In this document: piece by piece, positions 50,745 to 63,950 of the stretch | Position numbering within the stretch: position 1 is the stretch's first letter | Layout of the letters: each line of letters begins with the position of its first letter | From: Sminthopsis crassicaudata | Lineage: Eukaryota | DNA: 64,000 bases | Direction of reading: 5' to 3' | Assembly: GCF_048593235.1 (NCBI RefSeq) | Contig: NC_133620.1 | Coordinates: forward strand, 23,313,123 to 23,377,122 | Position numbers and translations under genes: made by a program | The notes under the pieces: model-generated | Told to the model about the DNA's origin: nothing | The model's database searches: none | What the model saw: only the letters and a program-made list of their open reading frames with translations

Positions 50745-52195
50745 GAACATATGTATAATTGTTATTTATAGGAGGCTTTACGTTTTATAAAATGCTTTAT
50801 ACATATCTCATTTTATATATTATCTCATTATATGTATTATAGATCCAGTTATAAGTATATATTAACTAAGATTATAAAATGTTTTATAAATATGACCTCA
50901 TTAAATATATATAAATATATTATATATAAATATTTCTCATTAAATATATCACAGATCCAGTCATAAGTATATATTAATTAAGATATATTAATTAAGATTC
51001 AGGCCCTATCTTTGTGGAACATCATATCTAGGTGGTTAATAAGACACAGATATATCTAAGACTGAGATATAATATCAATTGATAATTTACTAATAAAAAC
51101 ATGTAGGTGGACCTGCAGATGTAAGTATGGTATTTATCCATACACATGTACATGAAAATGATACATATTTTATACATTTATACCATTATGTCATAAATGC
51201 CATTATACATTGGCATTTATATAGGTTTTAAATTTTATAAAGTGCTTTATAAATATCATCTCATTTTATATATTATCTCATTATATATATATTATAGATC
51301 CAGTTATAAGTATATGTTAACGAAGATTATAAAATGCTTTATAAATATGATCTCATTTTATGTTTTATCTCATTAAATATATCACAGATCCAGTCATAAG
51401 TATATATTAATTAAGATTCAGGCCCTGTCTTTATGGAACATTATATCTAAGTGATTAATAAGACAGATATATCTAAGAATGAGATACAATATCAAATAAT
51501 AATTTACTAATAAAAACATATAGGTGGACACAAAGATGTAGGTATGGTATTAATCCACACACAGATATATGAACATATGTATAATTGTTATTTATATGAG
51601 GCTTTAAGTTTTATAAAATGCTTTATACATATCTCATTTTATATATTATATCATTATATATATTATAGATCCAGTTATAAGTATATGTTAACTAAGATTA
51701 TAAAATGCTTTATAAATATGATCTCATTTTATGTATTATCTCATATTTATCACAGATCAAGTCATAAGTATATATTAATTAAGATTCAGGCCCTCTATGG
51801 AACATTATATCTAAGTGGTTAATATAATATAGTATATAATATATATAATATAATAATATTATATAATATGTAATAATATTATATGTAATAGATAACATAA
51901 TTATAAAATAATATATATGATATATATGATATAATACATCCAAGGATGAGATTCAATATGAAATGATAATTTACTAATTAAAAACATGTAGGTAGACACA
52001 CAGATGTAGGTATGATATTTATCCATACACATGTACATGAAAATTATACATATTTTATACCATTTATCCCATTATATCATAAATGCCATTATACATTGGC
52101 ATTTATATAGGGGTTTAAATTTTATAAAATGCTTTATAAATATCATCTCATTTTACGTATTATCTCATCACATATCACAGATCCAGTCATATGTG
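49541..52195. repeat. AT-rich tandem array, 7 units of 280-449 bp, in GPX7 intron 1
   Basis: AAGATT(C/T)A(G/A)GC unit starts at 49541, 49821, 50109, 50545, 50994, 51413 and 51781. A (CA)n/(TA)n run is embedded near 50692-50742. Confidence 0.95.
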
Positions 52196-52199
52196 TGTA

Positions 52200-53640
52200 T
52201 ATCTATAAGGAATTTATCATCTCTATGCAAATAACCCTTAATCCTACTTTCTCTTCTGAACATTTATATCATTTCACAAGTTACCTAGTGGATATTTCCA
52301 ATCAAATGTTTCATAGACACCTTAAATTCAATATGTCTAAAATAGGATTCACCTTTTACTCCAAATGCTCCCCTCATATCTGAATTTCCCATCACTATTA
52401 AGGATATTATGCTCCCAGTCTTTCAGACTCACAACCTGGGGTTATCCTTGACTCCTCATTTTCTCTCAAGCCCCCAATTATTACAAGTCCTGTTGATTCT
52501 AACTTTCTCAACATCTTTCCTACACCCCACCTTTGACATTGCCATCAACCTGGTGCAGTCCTTTATCATCTCATGCTTAGAATTTTTCAAAAGCCTTTTG
52601 ACTGGCTTCCCTCCCTCCAGCTTCTTTCCATTCATCCCTATCCCTCTCACCCATCTGAGTGATCATCCTAAAGTACAGATCTTACTTGTAACTCCTTATT
52701 AAAATCCAGTGACTCATTGTCTCCAAGATCAAATCTTCTGATTGGGTTTCATAGACTTTTATAGCTCAGCCCTATCTTACCAGTTTTCTTATACCTTACT
52801 TTTTCTCTGTACTCTAAATTCCAGTGACATTGGTCCCTTTGCTGTTTCTCAAACAAGGTCCCATCTCTGTATTCTGAGTGTTTTTCCTGGCTGTCCCGAA
52901 TGCCTGGAATACTCATTTCCACTTCCTGCCTTTCCTGACTTCCTTTAAGTTTCACCTAAAAAACAGAGTGGGGCAGCTAGGGGGCAAAGCGAATAGAGTT
53001 AGGAGGCTGAAAATTAGCCTCAGACACAAAGCTATGTGGTTTTGGATAAGTCACTTAACCCCAGATTGCCTTGAAAAAATCTTACTTTCTGCAAGAAGTC
53101 TTTCTTAATTCCTGGTTAAATGTGAGGGCCTTCCCTCTGAGATTATCTCCAATTTCTATATATGTTTCCTGTGTGGAAATAGTTTGCTTATCATCTCCCT
53201 GCATTAAATTGCATGTTCATTGAGGGCAGGAATTATTTTTACTTTCTTTGTATACCTATAGTTTAGCACAAAGTCTGATACATAATAAATGTTTGGTTAC
53301 TATAAACAAAGCCTACATTTGAGAAATTGGAGATAATCTCCAAAGACAGCAATATCTAGGGAAATAAGAAAAGGCTTTCTGCAGGAGAGATTTTAGAAAA
53401 AAACTTGAGAAAGCTAGGAGTCAGTAAAGGGTAAAGAATTCAGACATGGTGGACAACCCATGAAAATGCAGAGTTGGGAAATGGAGCATCTTGTTTGAGA
53501 AGGCTATGAGCCTGGGCACCTGGAAGGGTGAGAGTGTCTTTGTCAGCAAGAGGGAAGTTAGAAAGAAGGGATGGTTTGGAGGTCTAGCAGAGGGACTGGA
53601 GCATAGTATGTGTTTGATAAATGCTTTTTGATTGACTGAT
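52200..53640. mobile_element. L2 3' fragments (plus 52200-53300, minus 53300-53640) with a WSINE-like insert
   Basis: L2 signatures such as cttaaattcaatatgtctaaaat, gggcaggaattatt...tagcaca...aataaatgttt; SINE head ggggcagctagg at 52970. Confidence 0.65.
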
Positions 53641-55749
53641 ATTGAACTAGATCTGTGCCAGTATACTGTCAGTTCAGTGGCACAATTGATGGGGTACAAC
53701 TTCTAGGGAACTATCCCAATAATCCTGAGACCCCTGACCCTAGGACAAATATTAGTGATTGTCAGATAAATAATCTGTCAATAACCCTAAGGTCTCATAG
53801 CCTTGACAGTAATATATATATATTCCCCTAACTTTTAGGAAAGATGTAGTTATAATCTTGAGATCCTCTGACTTTACTATAGTCCTACAAACACTGCTGA
53901 CTGTCAGATAAACACTCTATTAGCTCTCCAAGGAGAGCTCTGTCCACCATGTCACACTGCCACTCATGCCGTACACAGACACCTATAAACAGAGAACCAT
54001 GTGTGGGAACATGACCACACCTACACAAGCACAGATGTCCACGTCCTTAGAACACACCTATTCAAGTACATAAACATGTTTCTGTGTATGGGACAAACAT
54101 CTTGTGCAGAAGCACAAGTCTATCCACAAAATCTGCATGCTTTTGGACTTTCAGGCTATCTCCCGAATCAGCTTGGGAGGAACAAGTGAGAACCTCTAGT
54201 CCAGTCCAAGCCTCTAGACCAACCACGTTAGGATCTCTCTCTGTTTCTATGCTTCTTCCATTAAAAAAAATAAATTCTTCATTCTCAGGAACATCCTTCA
54301 GGGTTGGGAAGTCTTCTCCATGTGTTACTCTTCCAAGAAGGAAGAGAGAAAAAGGTCAGACCTCTGGGGCAGAGCCAAAATCTGACCTCCACCCAATCAC
54401 AAAGATGGCTTGGGTGGTGCTTCCTTCTTTTTTTATGTTTGGCTTTGCTTTCCTTATCTGTCAGAAAGGAATAATAATAGCGCACATTCAGGCACAGTTG
54501 GTTTTAAATTGCTTCCCCTATCCTATGTCATGGGAACTTCTCGACTTTACCTTATAAGGAGAGAGCGTGTCCATAGAGCAGGACCTCGTGATTTTGTCCA
54601 ACAGCTGCACATGGCGACCTGTCTATAACTTAGGAGGTAAGGCTTAGGGTATGTAAGTGGCCATTTGGATGCTAATATTATCCAACTACATGACCTTACA
54701 TGGCTAAGCTGGTGAAGAGCCTTGAGTCCATTCCACGTGAGGGTCACCCCATATGAGGATCTGTGGAAAGACCTAGGCAAGTTTAGCTTGGAGAGCCAAG
54801 GGGATTGAGAGAACTCAGTTCAAAACCCAGAAGATCCATTGCCTGGTTTAATCGAGCTCCCAGGGCAGAATCAGGAATGGCTGGAAGGCGCCGAGATGCA
54901 AATTTAGACTAGGAGACGACAAAACCCTCCAAACCCTTTGAGAAATGGCTTGGGTGACCTCTGGAGGAAGGTCCTAGATTTCCCTTCCCGATCTTCAAGT
55001 ATCACCTGGATGACCAGTTTTTAGAGGTTCAAATAGGTTGGACCAGACCAGGGATTCCTGTATGCCCTTGATGACTTGGCAAAGAAAGTGAACCATTTCA
55101 CAGAATTGTGGGTTTGTTAAATAATAACATATATGCATATATAAATAAAAATATAGAGAAATATTCCTATCCAAGTCCATAGACCTCCCTGAAATTTCTC
55201 CATAAGTGTATACTAGATTAAAACCCCCTGTATTACATGAATGCTCTCCTTAGGTCTTTCCTAATTTTATTATTCTGGGATATTATAATAACATTATTGA
55301 AAAAAAGTATATTACTCTTCAGCCTTAATTAACCACCAATGAACAAACGTTTATTAAGGGTTTATATGATGGGGAACTACACTGGGAACTAAGGATATAT
55401 GAGATGGTTCTCTCCTTTTATTCCCACCACTTTATTCCCGGAGGCTGGCAGCTTTCAGGTGTCCCATTTTGCAGAGGAAGAACCAGTGCCTCAGAGAGGA
55501 ACCACCAGTAGCAGAAGAGGGGGCTTAGGGTGACTGGCCCTGCTGCACAAATCCCCAGGCTTGCACTGGGTCTGCAGTCAGATGGCCCAAGTTCCAGTTT
55601 TGCTTCTGCCTCTTGTTTTGAGGGGGCCGTAGCCTCCCTCTGGCCTGTGCTTCATCCCGTATAAAATGGACTGGCTTTTTATTTTTATTACATCCCCAGC
55701 TCCAGGGCTATGAGCACTAGGCCCTCCCTAGGCTCAGCCTCCCCCTTGC

Positions 55750-57310
55750 CTGAGACGGAGGCGGGAGGGGGGGGGGGGCTGAGCTGCCACTGCAGGGGTG
55801 ACTGGTGGCTCTAGGCCTGCCCCGCTGCGGCTTTCTGCAGGCCTGCGTTCTTCCCATTTAGGGCCTGCCTGCTTGTCTAGCTCAGACAGCAGGTGTCAAT
55901 GTAGCAAAGCTGCGTGCGCATCCGTCCTTGGCCTCGGCCTTGGCCGCAGAGTGACAGCAGCATCTGCACTGGGCCCGCCCCCCGCCCCCCGGAAGACAGC
56001 TTCCCCGGAAGTGGCCGCCGCCTACCCGCAGCAGCCGCCACCGTGGCAGCAGCTGCCACGCTGGCCCTGCCCAGGGCGCATGCGCAGGAGCCCTGGCCCG
56101 CTGGCCTTGGCGCCCGCCCCAGTCACATGGCTGGAGGGAGGCTCAAATGAAAGAATGCTGGCAAAAATAACGCTTGGGGCCGGGAAGCGCCAGGGGGTGG
56201 GGGAGGGCTGTTATTAATTATTAATAAAAGAGAGCCCCTGGGCTGCTGGGTCCCGCACTGACGTCAGGACGCCTGGAGCGCACCACCTGCGGTTGGCCGC
56301 AGCTGCCAATCAGGGCGTTGTGACGGAGCGGACCAGCTGGGCCCGCCCCAGGGGTCTTGGGGGTCTGCAGGCCCCAGTGGGGGGGAGACTAGGGTGACGA
56401 GCTAATTTGATAAACTCATTGCCGATACTTGGGCCAAGAAGGCTTTGCAGAGGGACTGGGCGGACCCCACCTGTGCGGCGGCGGTGAACCGCGGCTGAAG
56501 TGGTGGCGGACCCTAGCCCACGAACCCCGCCGCCTGCCCCCTAGCCCTGCGGACCCCATCGCCCACACCCTCCCCCCACCCCCAGCCCTTAGCCCGGCTG
56601 CTCAGGGGACCCCGAGGCAGCTGTTGCAGACCCGAGCCCGGCTGTTCTAGTCTCTGGCCCGGGAGGGGGATGATGCGTTTGGGCGTGGCGGACCCTGCCG
56701 GCAGCCGAGTAGCAACAGCAGCTGCAGTTGCCGCAGTGCCCCCCCCCCCCCCTCGGCCGTGCCCATGCCGCAGTGCCGCGGTGCCTTATGGGAGCGGCTG
56801 AGTCTGGCTCCCCGCCCAGCCATCTCAGGCGAGGGGCCGGGGTTTGGGGGCGGGGGCGGGGGCGGCGGCGGCCTTGGCGCTGGGCCTCTGCAAACGTCTG
56901 GCTGGGCCGGGCTGGCCGGGAGGGCCCCAGCCAGCGCCTCCCCGCCGGGGCCTCCCCAGCCTACGCGCTTGGGGAGCCTGGCAGGCTGCCCAGCCGCCCT
57001 CCCTCCCATCCCCGGGTGGAGACTGTCTTCCCGCCAGGGCGGGGCAGCCAGGCCGGGAGGCCCCAACAGCTGCGGCTTTCAGCTCTGAAGCCCTTTTCTG
57101 TGCTAGGGTCCGCGGCGGGCCCCATTCCCAGCCCTCGCTGGTGGCCTCCCCAGCCTTTATGGGCCTGGCACCCTCCGATGGCGGCAGGGGCCCAGCCTGG
57201 GAGCTGGAAGGGTCTCCTGGTTCCCGGGGTTTAGCGGGAAAGAGGGAGGGAGGGAGGGAGCTGCCCGCCGGGGGCCCTGGTCACTGTGGCGGGCAGGGTG
57301 GGTAGGGGCC
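55750..57310. promoter_or_regulatory. CpG island / housekeeping-type promoter (owner gene not visible; TUT4 is a synteny-based guess)
   Basis: GC/CpG rich. Tandem ETS sites CCGGAAG 55989-55995 and CCGGAAGTG 56005-56013, NRF1 GCGCATGCGC 56076-56085, CRE TGACGTCA 56259-56266, CCAAT 56306-56310, GC boxes near 55971 and 56340. Confidence 0.85.
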
Positions 57311-58854
57311 TCCGCTTTCAAGCAGGGGGCTGACTTAGCCTAGCCCAGAGGGGGATGGATTTCCAGGGAAAGAATGTCAGGCACCACATCATAGGATGGG
57401 AGGCTGGAGGCCTGGCAGGGGCTGAAGAACAAAGGGCATTAGAACCAAGAAGATGGACTAGCACAGCTGGGAGGGAGCTCAAGCACGCAGGGTTGGGGTT
57501 GGGAGGGGCTTCTGCACCCAGAACCATTAGGGCCCCTGGGGTCTCCGGAGCCTTCAGACTGCAGAAGACCTCCGAAGCCCAGACTTTGGAGATGGTGGGG
57601 ACTTTAGAACCCAGAAAGCCAGGACTGCAGGGACTATCACCAAGTGGCAATTGGGGACCGTTCGAATGGGAAAGGAGATGAATGCATGAATCATCAGAAC
57701 TGGGAGGGACCTCAGAAAATATATTGTCAGAGTTGGAAAGGATCTTAGAACATAGATGTCAAGGTACAAGGAAGAGAGTGTTCAAGCCAAAAGGAGCTTT
57801 AGAACAGCAAGCTGGGAAGAATAAAGAATATTTGAACAGAATTTCAGAACTGGGAGGGCCCTTTTAGGCAAGAAACATTTATTAAGCATTGTGATAAGCA
57901 CAGAAGCACCCAGGATACACTTGAGCACAAGAACCATCAGAGTTAGGTGAAATCTGAGCATATCTTATATCAAAGAAGGGGAGGACTTTAGAGTTCAATT
58001 CATTTTACATATTGGGGAAAATAAAGCTCATCGAGGGGCAAGAACTACCCTGTCTTACTTGGGGGAGTCCAGGTCCTCTGACTCCAAACCCCATGCTGCT
58101 CCTACATCATATTGTCTTTGTACATGGTGGTCCTGAGATAGATGGGTATTAAATTAAAAGCCAGACCCATAGGAGATAATTTTTTTTCACTCATTCAACC
58201 CTTACAAACTTTATTATGAACTCGATCTGGTGCTAGGTACTGGGAAAGAAGCAGAATCAAATAAAATCCTGTCCCTGTTTTCAAGGAGGTTCAAGATGAC
58301 TCAGAAGACATGACATGTATATAAATGACCATAACTCAAAAGGAAAAATGAAAACTACATAGTGAGGGCATGAAGTGGTATAATCAGAAGAGAATCTTTC
58401 CAACTGGGGGAACCAGGAAAGATTTTTTTGGAGGAGGGAGACAGGGAACCAGCATTTATAATGAACCCAGAGGAAAGGGTGAAGAAGTATTTGACATTTG
58501 CAATGATCTTTCTTTGAAGTCTTTTCCCAAGGTTTCTTCAAGGCTAGAGCTCTCAAAGGCTCGATCAGTGGAGTTGGAGGGGTTAATGATGGGCTGCACT
58601 GACTCCCAGGAACCATGTAGCTAAGGCAGAAGGACTCAGCCTATGGCTGATTTCAGTCTCAGACATAGTAGTTCCTGAAGCACAGTAAGTCACACAGAGG
58701 GGCTACAATCTGGGCCACTGCAGGTTAGGATTGCTCTCTGACTAAATCACAGACTCTCAAAGCATGAAGTAGTTGTGCTTGACATTCTACGTGTAGCAAT
58801 AGAACACAAATACTAATAGTCAATGGTTTACTTTACTTTTGCCTGCATGACTGG

Positions 58855-59605
58855 CCCCTTTTCTCTGATGACATCCTTTATGCCATTTCTTCTGTGCAAG
58901 TCTTCATTGTGAACATGTTTTATTATGCTGATGTCCCCCACAGTCCTCTCCATTGCGTCTTAGGTGACCCGCAATTTTAATTCTTTAGAGACTGTGGTAT
59001 TCTATGATTCATGGCCATTTAGCATCATAGAAGAATATTAATGTAAAAAAGGTGGGCTTTTGTTTCATGAGAAAGCTTGAGGATATTAAAAGTATTGCAC
59101 AATTTTCCAAAGTCAACCCAGCCCACTCTTCCTTTTATACATTTCTGGTCCCAGTTTATTGTCCATCTGAAATCTGTCCAAGATTTATGTATTGATGCAC
59201 TATCTAGGTTGAATGGTTGATTGTCCATGTGATCTTATATCTTCTTTTAGACCAGTGGTCCTCATACTTTTTAAGTAGGGGGCCAGTTCCCTGTCCCTCA
59301 GACTGTGGGAGTGCTGGACTATAGTAAAAACAAAAGCTCACACTCTGTCTCTGCCCTTCAGCCCATTTGCCATAACCTGGTGGGCCGCATAAATGTCCTC
59401 AGCAGGCCGCATCTGGCTCACAGGCCATAGTTTGAGAACCCCTGTTTTAAACGATAGATATCCTACACCTCTTTTACTCCTTTGTGAATAGTTAGGCTAA
59501 GGTACTTTGTGCTATTATGAATATCTGCAAAAAAGCTCAGCAGTGTCCCAGAACTAGATGCAATCAGCATAATATCATTTGCAAACAAAGACATCTGGAG
59601 GAGCT
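58855..59605 (-). mobile_element. Decayed RTE LINE (RT C-terminal region), split by a hAT MITE
   Basis: Minus-strand LQMSLFANDIMLIASSSGTL (FADD-like), GWVDFGKLCNTFNILKLSHETKAHLF, and NTTVSKELKLRVT...MER. Confidence 0.85.
59253..59444. mobile_element. 192-bp non-autonomous hAT MITE, OposCharlie1 (OC1)-like
   Basis: TIRs CAGTGGTCCTCATACT versus CAGGGGTTCTCAAACT (13/16). 8-bp TSD TTTTAGAC (59245-59252) and TTTTAAAC (59445-59452). Confidence 0.88.
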
Positions 59606-62239
59606 CAGCATCCATCTTCTTCGGTGTCATATTTGCTCTGGATCAGCTCATTAAAATCTTCCCATGTTTTTCTGAATTCTTTGTACTCATAATTTTAAAA
59701 ATACAATATTGCCTATGTTTATGTACCATAATCTATCATTCCCCAGTTGATGGGCATACAGTTTGTCTCCTTAAATTTGTTTTTCTCTCCTTACTATTTT
59801 ATTAGGCAATAATACTCTATTTCTTCCATCATCTTCTTCTGTAGAATTGTACAAATATGTTTTAAGTCTTTGTTGTCCTTGACTATCAAACCTTTACCCT
59901 TAACAAGAAGATCAGGTATTTGCTGATGGAGATATGTTTCTAGGATCTTCTGGTATCCTCAATGTAATATTTAGTTTATATTCTAAGCATCCTTAAGAAA
60001 TGGTAATAATCTGTATTAATGCCATTTCTTTTATCCATGTCTCATTTGGGGGTGGCTTATTTACACAGATTAGGTTGGTTTTTGCCTCAATATTTTCTTC
60101 CCCTTTTCTTCTATTTGTTGTTAATTTTTATTTTGGTGTGTTAATTTTACTATGATAAATCTATGGATTGAGCTACACATGCAGCTGATTTGGAAAAGGC
60201 TCTCACCTTGGTAACCAGTCATTTCCTGTCTATAAGCATTTAACACTTTCATTTTCCATGAGAAGCAGTGTAGTATGCTGAATAAATAATAATGAGAATA
60301 GCTTCCATTGATGCAGCACCTACTATGTACCAAGTACTGTGTTAAATGCTTTACAAATATAATTTCATTTGAGCCTCACAACAACACTGAGAGGTGAGTG
60401 CTATTTTTATCTTTGTCTTACAGATGAAAAAATAACTGAAGTAAACAGGAATTAAGCAACTTGCTAAGATTATATAGTTAATTACTCTATATAATTCAGG
60501 GTTCAGGTCTTTCCAGCTGGGGAAATCATGAAAGATTTTCTGAGACAAAGGAGACAAGGAACCAGCATTTAAAATGGATCCAGAAGAAAGAATAAAGGAA
60601 GATTTCTACTTTGCACAATTACTAGCTATATGACCTTGAGCAAGTCACTTAATATTTATTTCTCATTTTCAGGTTCCTCATATGTTAAATGAGACTCATG
60701 GCTTCTCAGGTCTCTTTTGGCTCAAAATCTGTGATTCCATATCCACCATATCCTACACCTTTCAATTCTCTTCTTGAGAAAATATTAATAATCAGTGATT
60801 GGCCCTTCTCATTTCTTGCTCCTGAACTTTGTCCTCCAACACTTTTTTTTGTACTGTCCCTTCTACTGTGACATTGAAATCTTCAAATATTAGAGCATAT
60901 GTTCATTTAATTAGGAGGGTCCTACTGCATTCTTTGTAGAATTTATCTACCTCCTTATTCTCTGCAACAGATGTTGGAATGGAAACTATAAATACCTTCA
61001 AAGTGGTCTCATTGCAAACATCCATCATGAGCACTACAATATCTCATGAAATGATGGTTTTTGTTCTCTTTGGATATGGAATAGAACCAACCCTGCTAAC
61101 TCTTTTCTTTGTCTCTTTGTGAAAAGCCTGTCTCCTTCCCTTAAGCTAGTTTTAGTTGCCTGTGTTTTCCTATTTGCAGAAAAAGGATCAAGGAGCATGT
61201 AATTTGGTTCCTTCCAATAGTATAATATGCAGGTCATTAGACATCATGTGTAGGGAATATTTAAGTCCTTATTTAGGGAATATCTAAGTTATTCATTATT
61301 GATGGTTTAAAAATTGTGGGATTCATATATCCTATGTCCCCTTTTCTACGTCTCTGACACCATTACTACAGAAATAGAAGAACCTACGCCATTTTGTATT
61401 TTTCTTTGGTCACAACTTGCTGGTTCCAGCTTACTGGACAAAAAGCTTTCTGTACTTAGCTGGACTGGTCCTTAGAAAGTAGATGCAGTCTATTGCTAGG
61501 ATCATACTTGGGGCCTTTCCAACATGGTAGAACCTGACAGAGCTTGCACCTTGCTGGCATAACCTGTGAGAATTCTTAGTCACTTCCCATCCTTAATGAG
61601 GACTTGGTGAAGAAATGAAAGCCCAAGTAAAAAATAATAATGGTAATGATAATATACAATTAACATTTATGTAGCACCTACTGTGTGCCAGGCACTGTGC
61701 TAAGCACTTTACATATACATTATTTCATACTCACAATGACCCTGAGAGGTGCATGCAATTAGTATCCTCATTTTATGGGAAATTAAGTCATTTAAAATTG
61801 TAATTGTAATTAAGTAATTCCTAATTAAGAGATTAAGTAATTTATCCAGTTTACATGAAAAGGAAGCACCTCAGCCTGAATTTGGATTCCTCTTTCTGAC
61901 TGCAGGCCCAGCACTCTGACATCTAACTTCCCCAAGTGTAGCCCAACTTTTTCACGAATATCTGAATAATGATGAAAACCTAAGAGAAGGCCTCCAGAAC
62001 ATTGGATGGATTCTGTATAGAGCATTTAATGGAAGACATTGAGACAAGAGTCCCAAAGCTTAGCATAGTACTTAAAACACAGCAATCACCTAGTAAATAC
62101 CATTTGACAAGATCTGGATGGATTATAATATAGGAGGTTGAAAAGAGATACACTGATGAGATCACGGCTCCATGGAAGCATTATAAGAGGAGAACTATCC
62201 TTAGTATACCTCACCAGCCTCAAATCCTTCTGAGGAGCT

Positions 62240-62580
62240 GGAGAGATTGGAATATTCTTATAGGAGTGTCATGTACCTGCCTTCTGTTCTTACTTTCTTC
62301 TCCTGTATTCCCCCTTTATACATCCAAGTTGGTTAGTGAGCAGCCTGTGCATCCACATCAATCTCTTAGGTTCAACAACCCTCCAACTTTCCCATCATTT
62401 TCCTTCCTTCCCTCCCCAGCAATCAGTTTCTCCTTGTTGCTCACAATAAAATCCAAAACAGCAATTCCTCTAAGCATTTTCTCTACCTTTTGAAGGATGG
62501 ATGATATTAGCATGAAGGCAAAGTAAATGTTCTTAGTTGTTCTGCCTTTGTGTGATAAAGAGAGACAACTGATAGACAAA
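62240..62580 (-). mobile_element. CR1/L3 endonuclease remnant
   Basis: ILQKVEKMLRGIAVLDFIVSNKEKLIAG resembles the CR1 endonuclease LQKVEEPTRG-AILDLILTN-EELV motif. Confidence 0.75.
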
Positions 62581-63289
62581 TAATCACAAGCCCCATCACT
62601 GCAATAGCATTCACATCAGGTGTATTCTTCTATACTCTCTTCTCTTTCCACCTTCTTTCTTTTTGGTCTGCAAAAAATGTAAATGATAGTATTCCCTCTG
62701 TTTATCCCTCCATTGATCTTGGCCCTAATGAACTTCACTATTCTCTACTTTGGATCCTGGAGAACCAAAATGAGCTTATCTTGTTAATAAACAATATTAC
62801 TCCTCTCCCCTTTTATCTATTTCACTCCTTTTGGATAATTTATATCCTTCCAGAATGACATTCTAACTCAGGATGCTATCCCACCAAGTCTCAGTGAGAC
62901 CTATGAAGTTGAATTTGCCTCTGGAGGTTAGTATCTTTTTTCCTTTTTAAAGTATTGAGATTCTTATTATAATCACTATTACTTTTCAATGACCTGAATT
63001 ACATACACAATAATGCACTTGTTTGTGGAAGACAGATAGAATGAGCATTTATTAAATATATATTATATGTTAAGCATTGGGACAAACATTGGGATACAAA
63101 TACAAATAAGCAGAATACTTCCTTCCTTCAGAGAGCTTACATTGTAGTGGAAGATAGTAGATAAATGGGGGCTGGAAGGAAGAGGAATCTGCAGAGTGGG
63201 ATGATTTAGAGCTGGTGATAGTACAATCAAATAAACTAAATCAATTCATTTACCATGTCAGAAAATGTGTGCTTCATTTTGTACACATT

Positions 63290-63950
63290 CCTCATCATCT
63301 CTTTACTGGGAGGTAGGAAGGATATATCAAGACTGAGGGAAATCTGTTTATGGTTATAGTGGCAGGGAAGAAGACAATATAATGAGAGATGAGAGACTGA
63401 AGAGGGGAGAAGAGTATGATATGATTACTAGGACATACTCCTGGAGGATATAGTAGGGCATGAGATTGAGGACCCAAGTAAAATCCATCAAGTTTTCTCA
63501 AACCCACTCACAGTAGAGTCTTTTTTTTATTTTGTTGATTACTGATATTTTATTTATTTGTGTACAAAAATGTAAAGCCATTTAATGTGATTCAACCGGC
63601 CTTTTGGGGGGCATTACTGCATCTACCACAAATCTGTTGCTCCATGGCAATCTTGTTTTTCCTTTCTACCCATGTTCCCTTTCCTACAGTTATTCCAATA
63701 CTTTTCTTGCAGATTCACTACATCACTCCCAAATCCTTCTCAAAGTATTTGACCTCATCTACTTTGCTGAGAAAATCAAAGGACCATCTGTTATGAGCCC
63801 CCTCATCTCCCCTTACTCTACACCTCAAAACTTTTCTACATGGACAATCTCCAATTACCACCTTTTTCATCAAGGTCAACCACTTTCCTTGGGCACTCAA
63901 TCCCATCCTTTTTTGGTATTTTCCAGGACTTTGTTCCAAATAAATAACAA
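63290..63950. mobile_element. L2 remnants (minus 63290-63490, plus 63670-63950)
   Basis: LLYPPG resembles the L2 endonuclease IYRPPG motif; gacctcatctactttgctgagaaaatcaaagg resembles L2 ORF2. Confidence 0.55.

Noticed and set aside
56030-56059. Minus-strand VAAAATVAAAA resembles the human GPX7 N-terminus (MVAATVAAAW), followed by PGKLSS
   Set aside because: No ATG, no DFYDF/NIRG core, no phase-0 donor, and a stop at 55877. Ala-rich similarity is expected in a GC-rich palindrome.
56647-56766. MGTAEGGGGALRQLQLLLLLGCRQG, a signal-peptide-like minus ORF in the CpG island
   Set aside because: It ends in a stop after about 39 aa with no GPX motif and no suitable phase-0 donor. It arises from a CAG/CTG-rich stretch.
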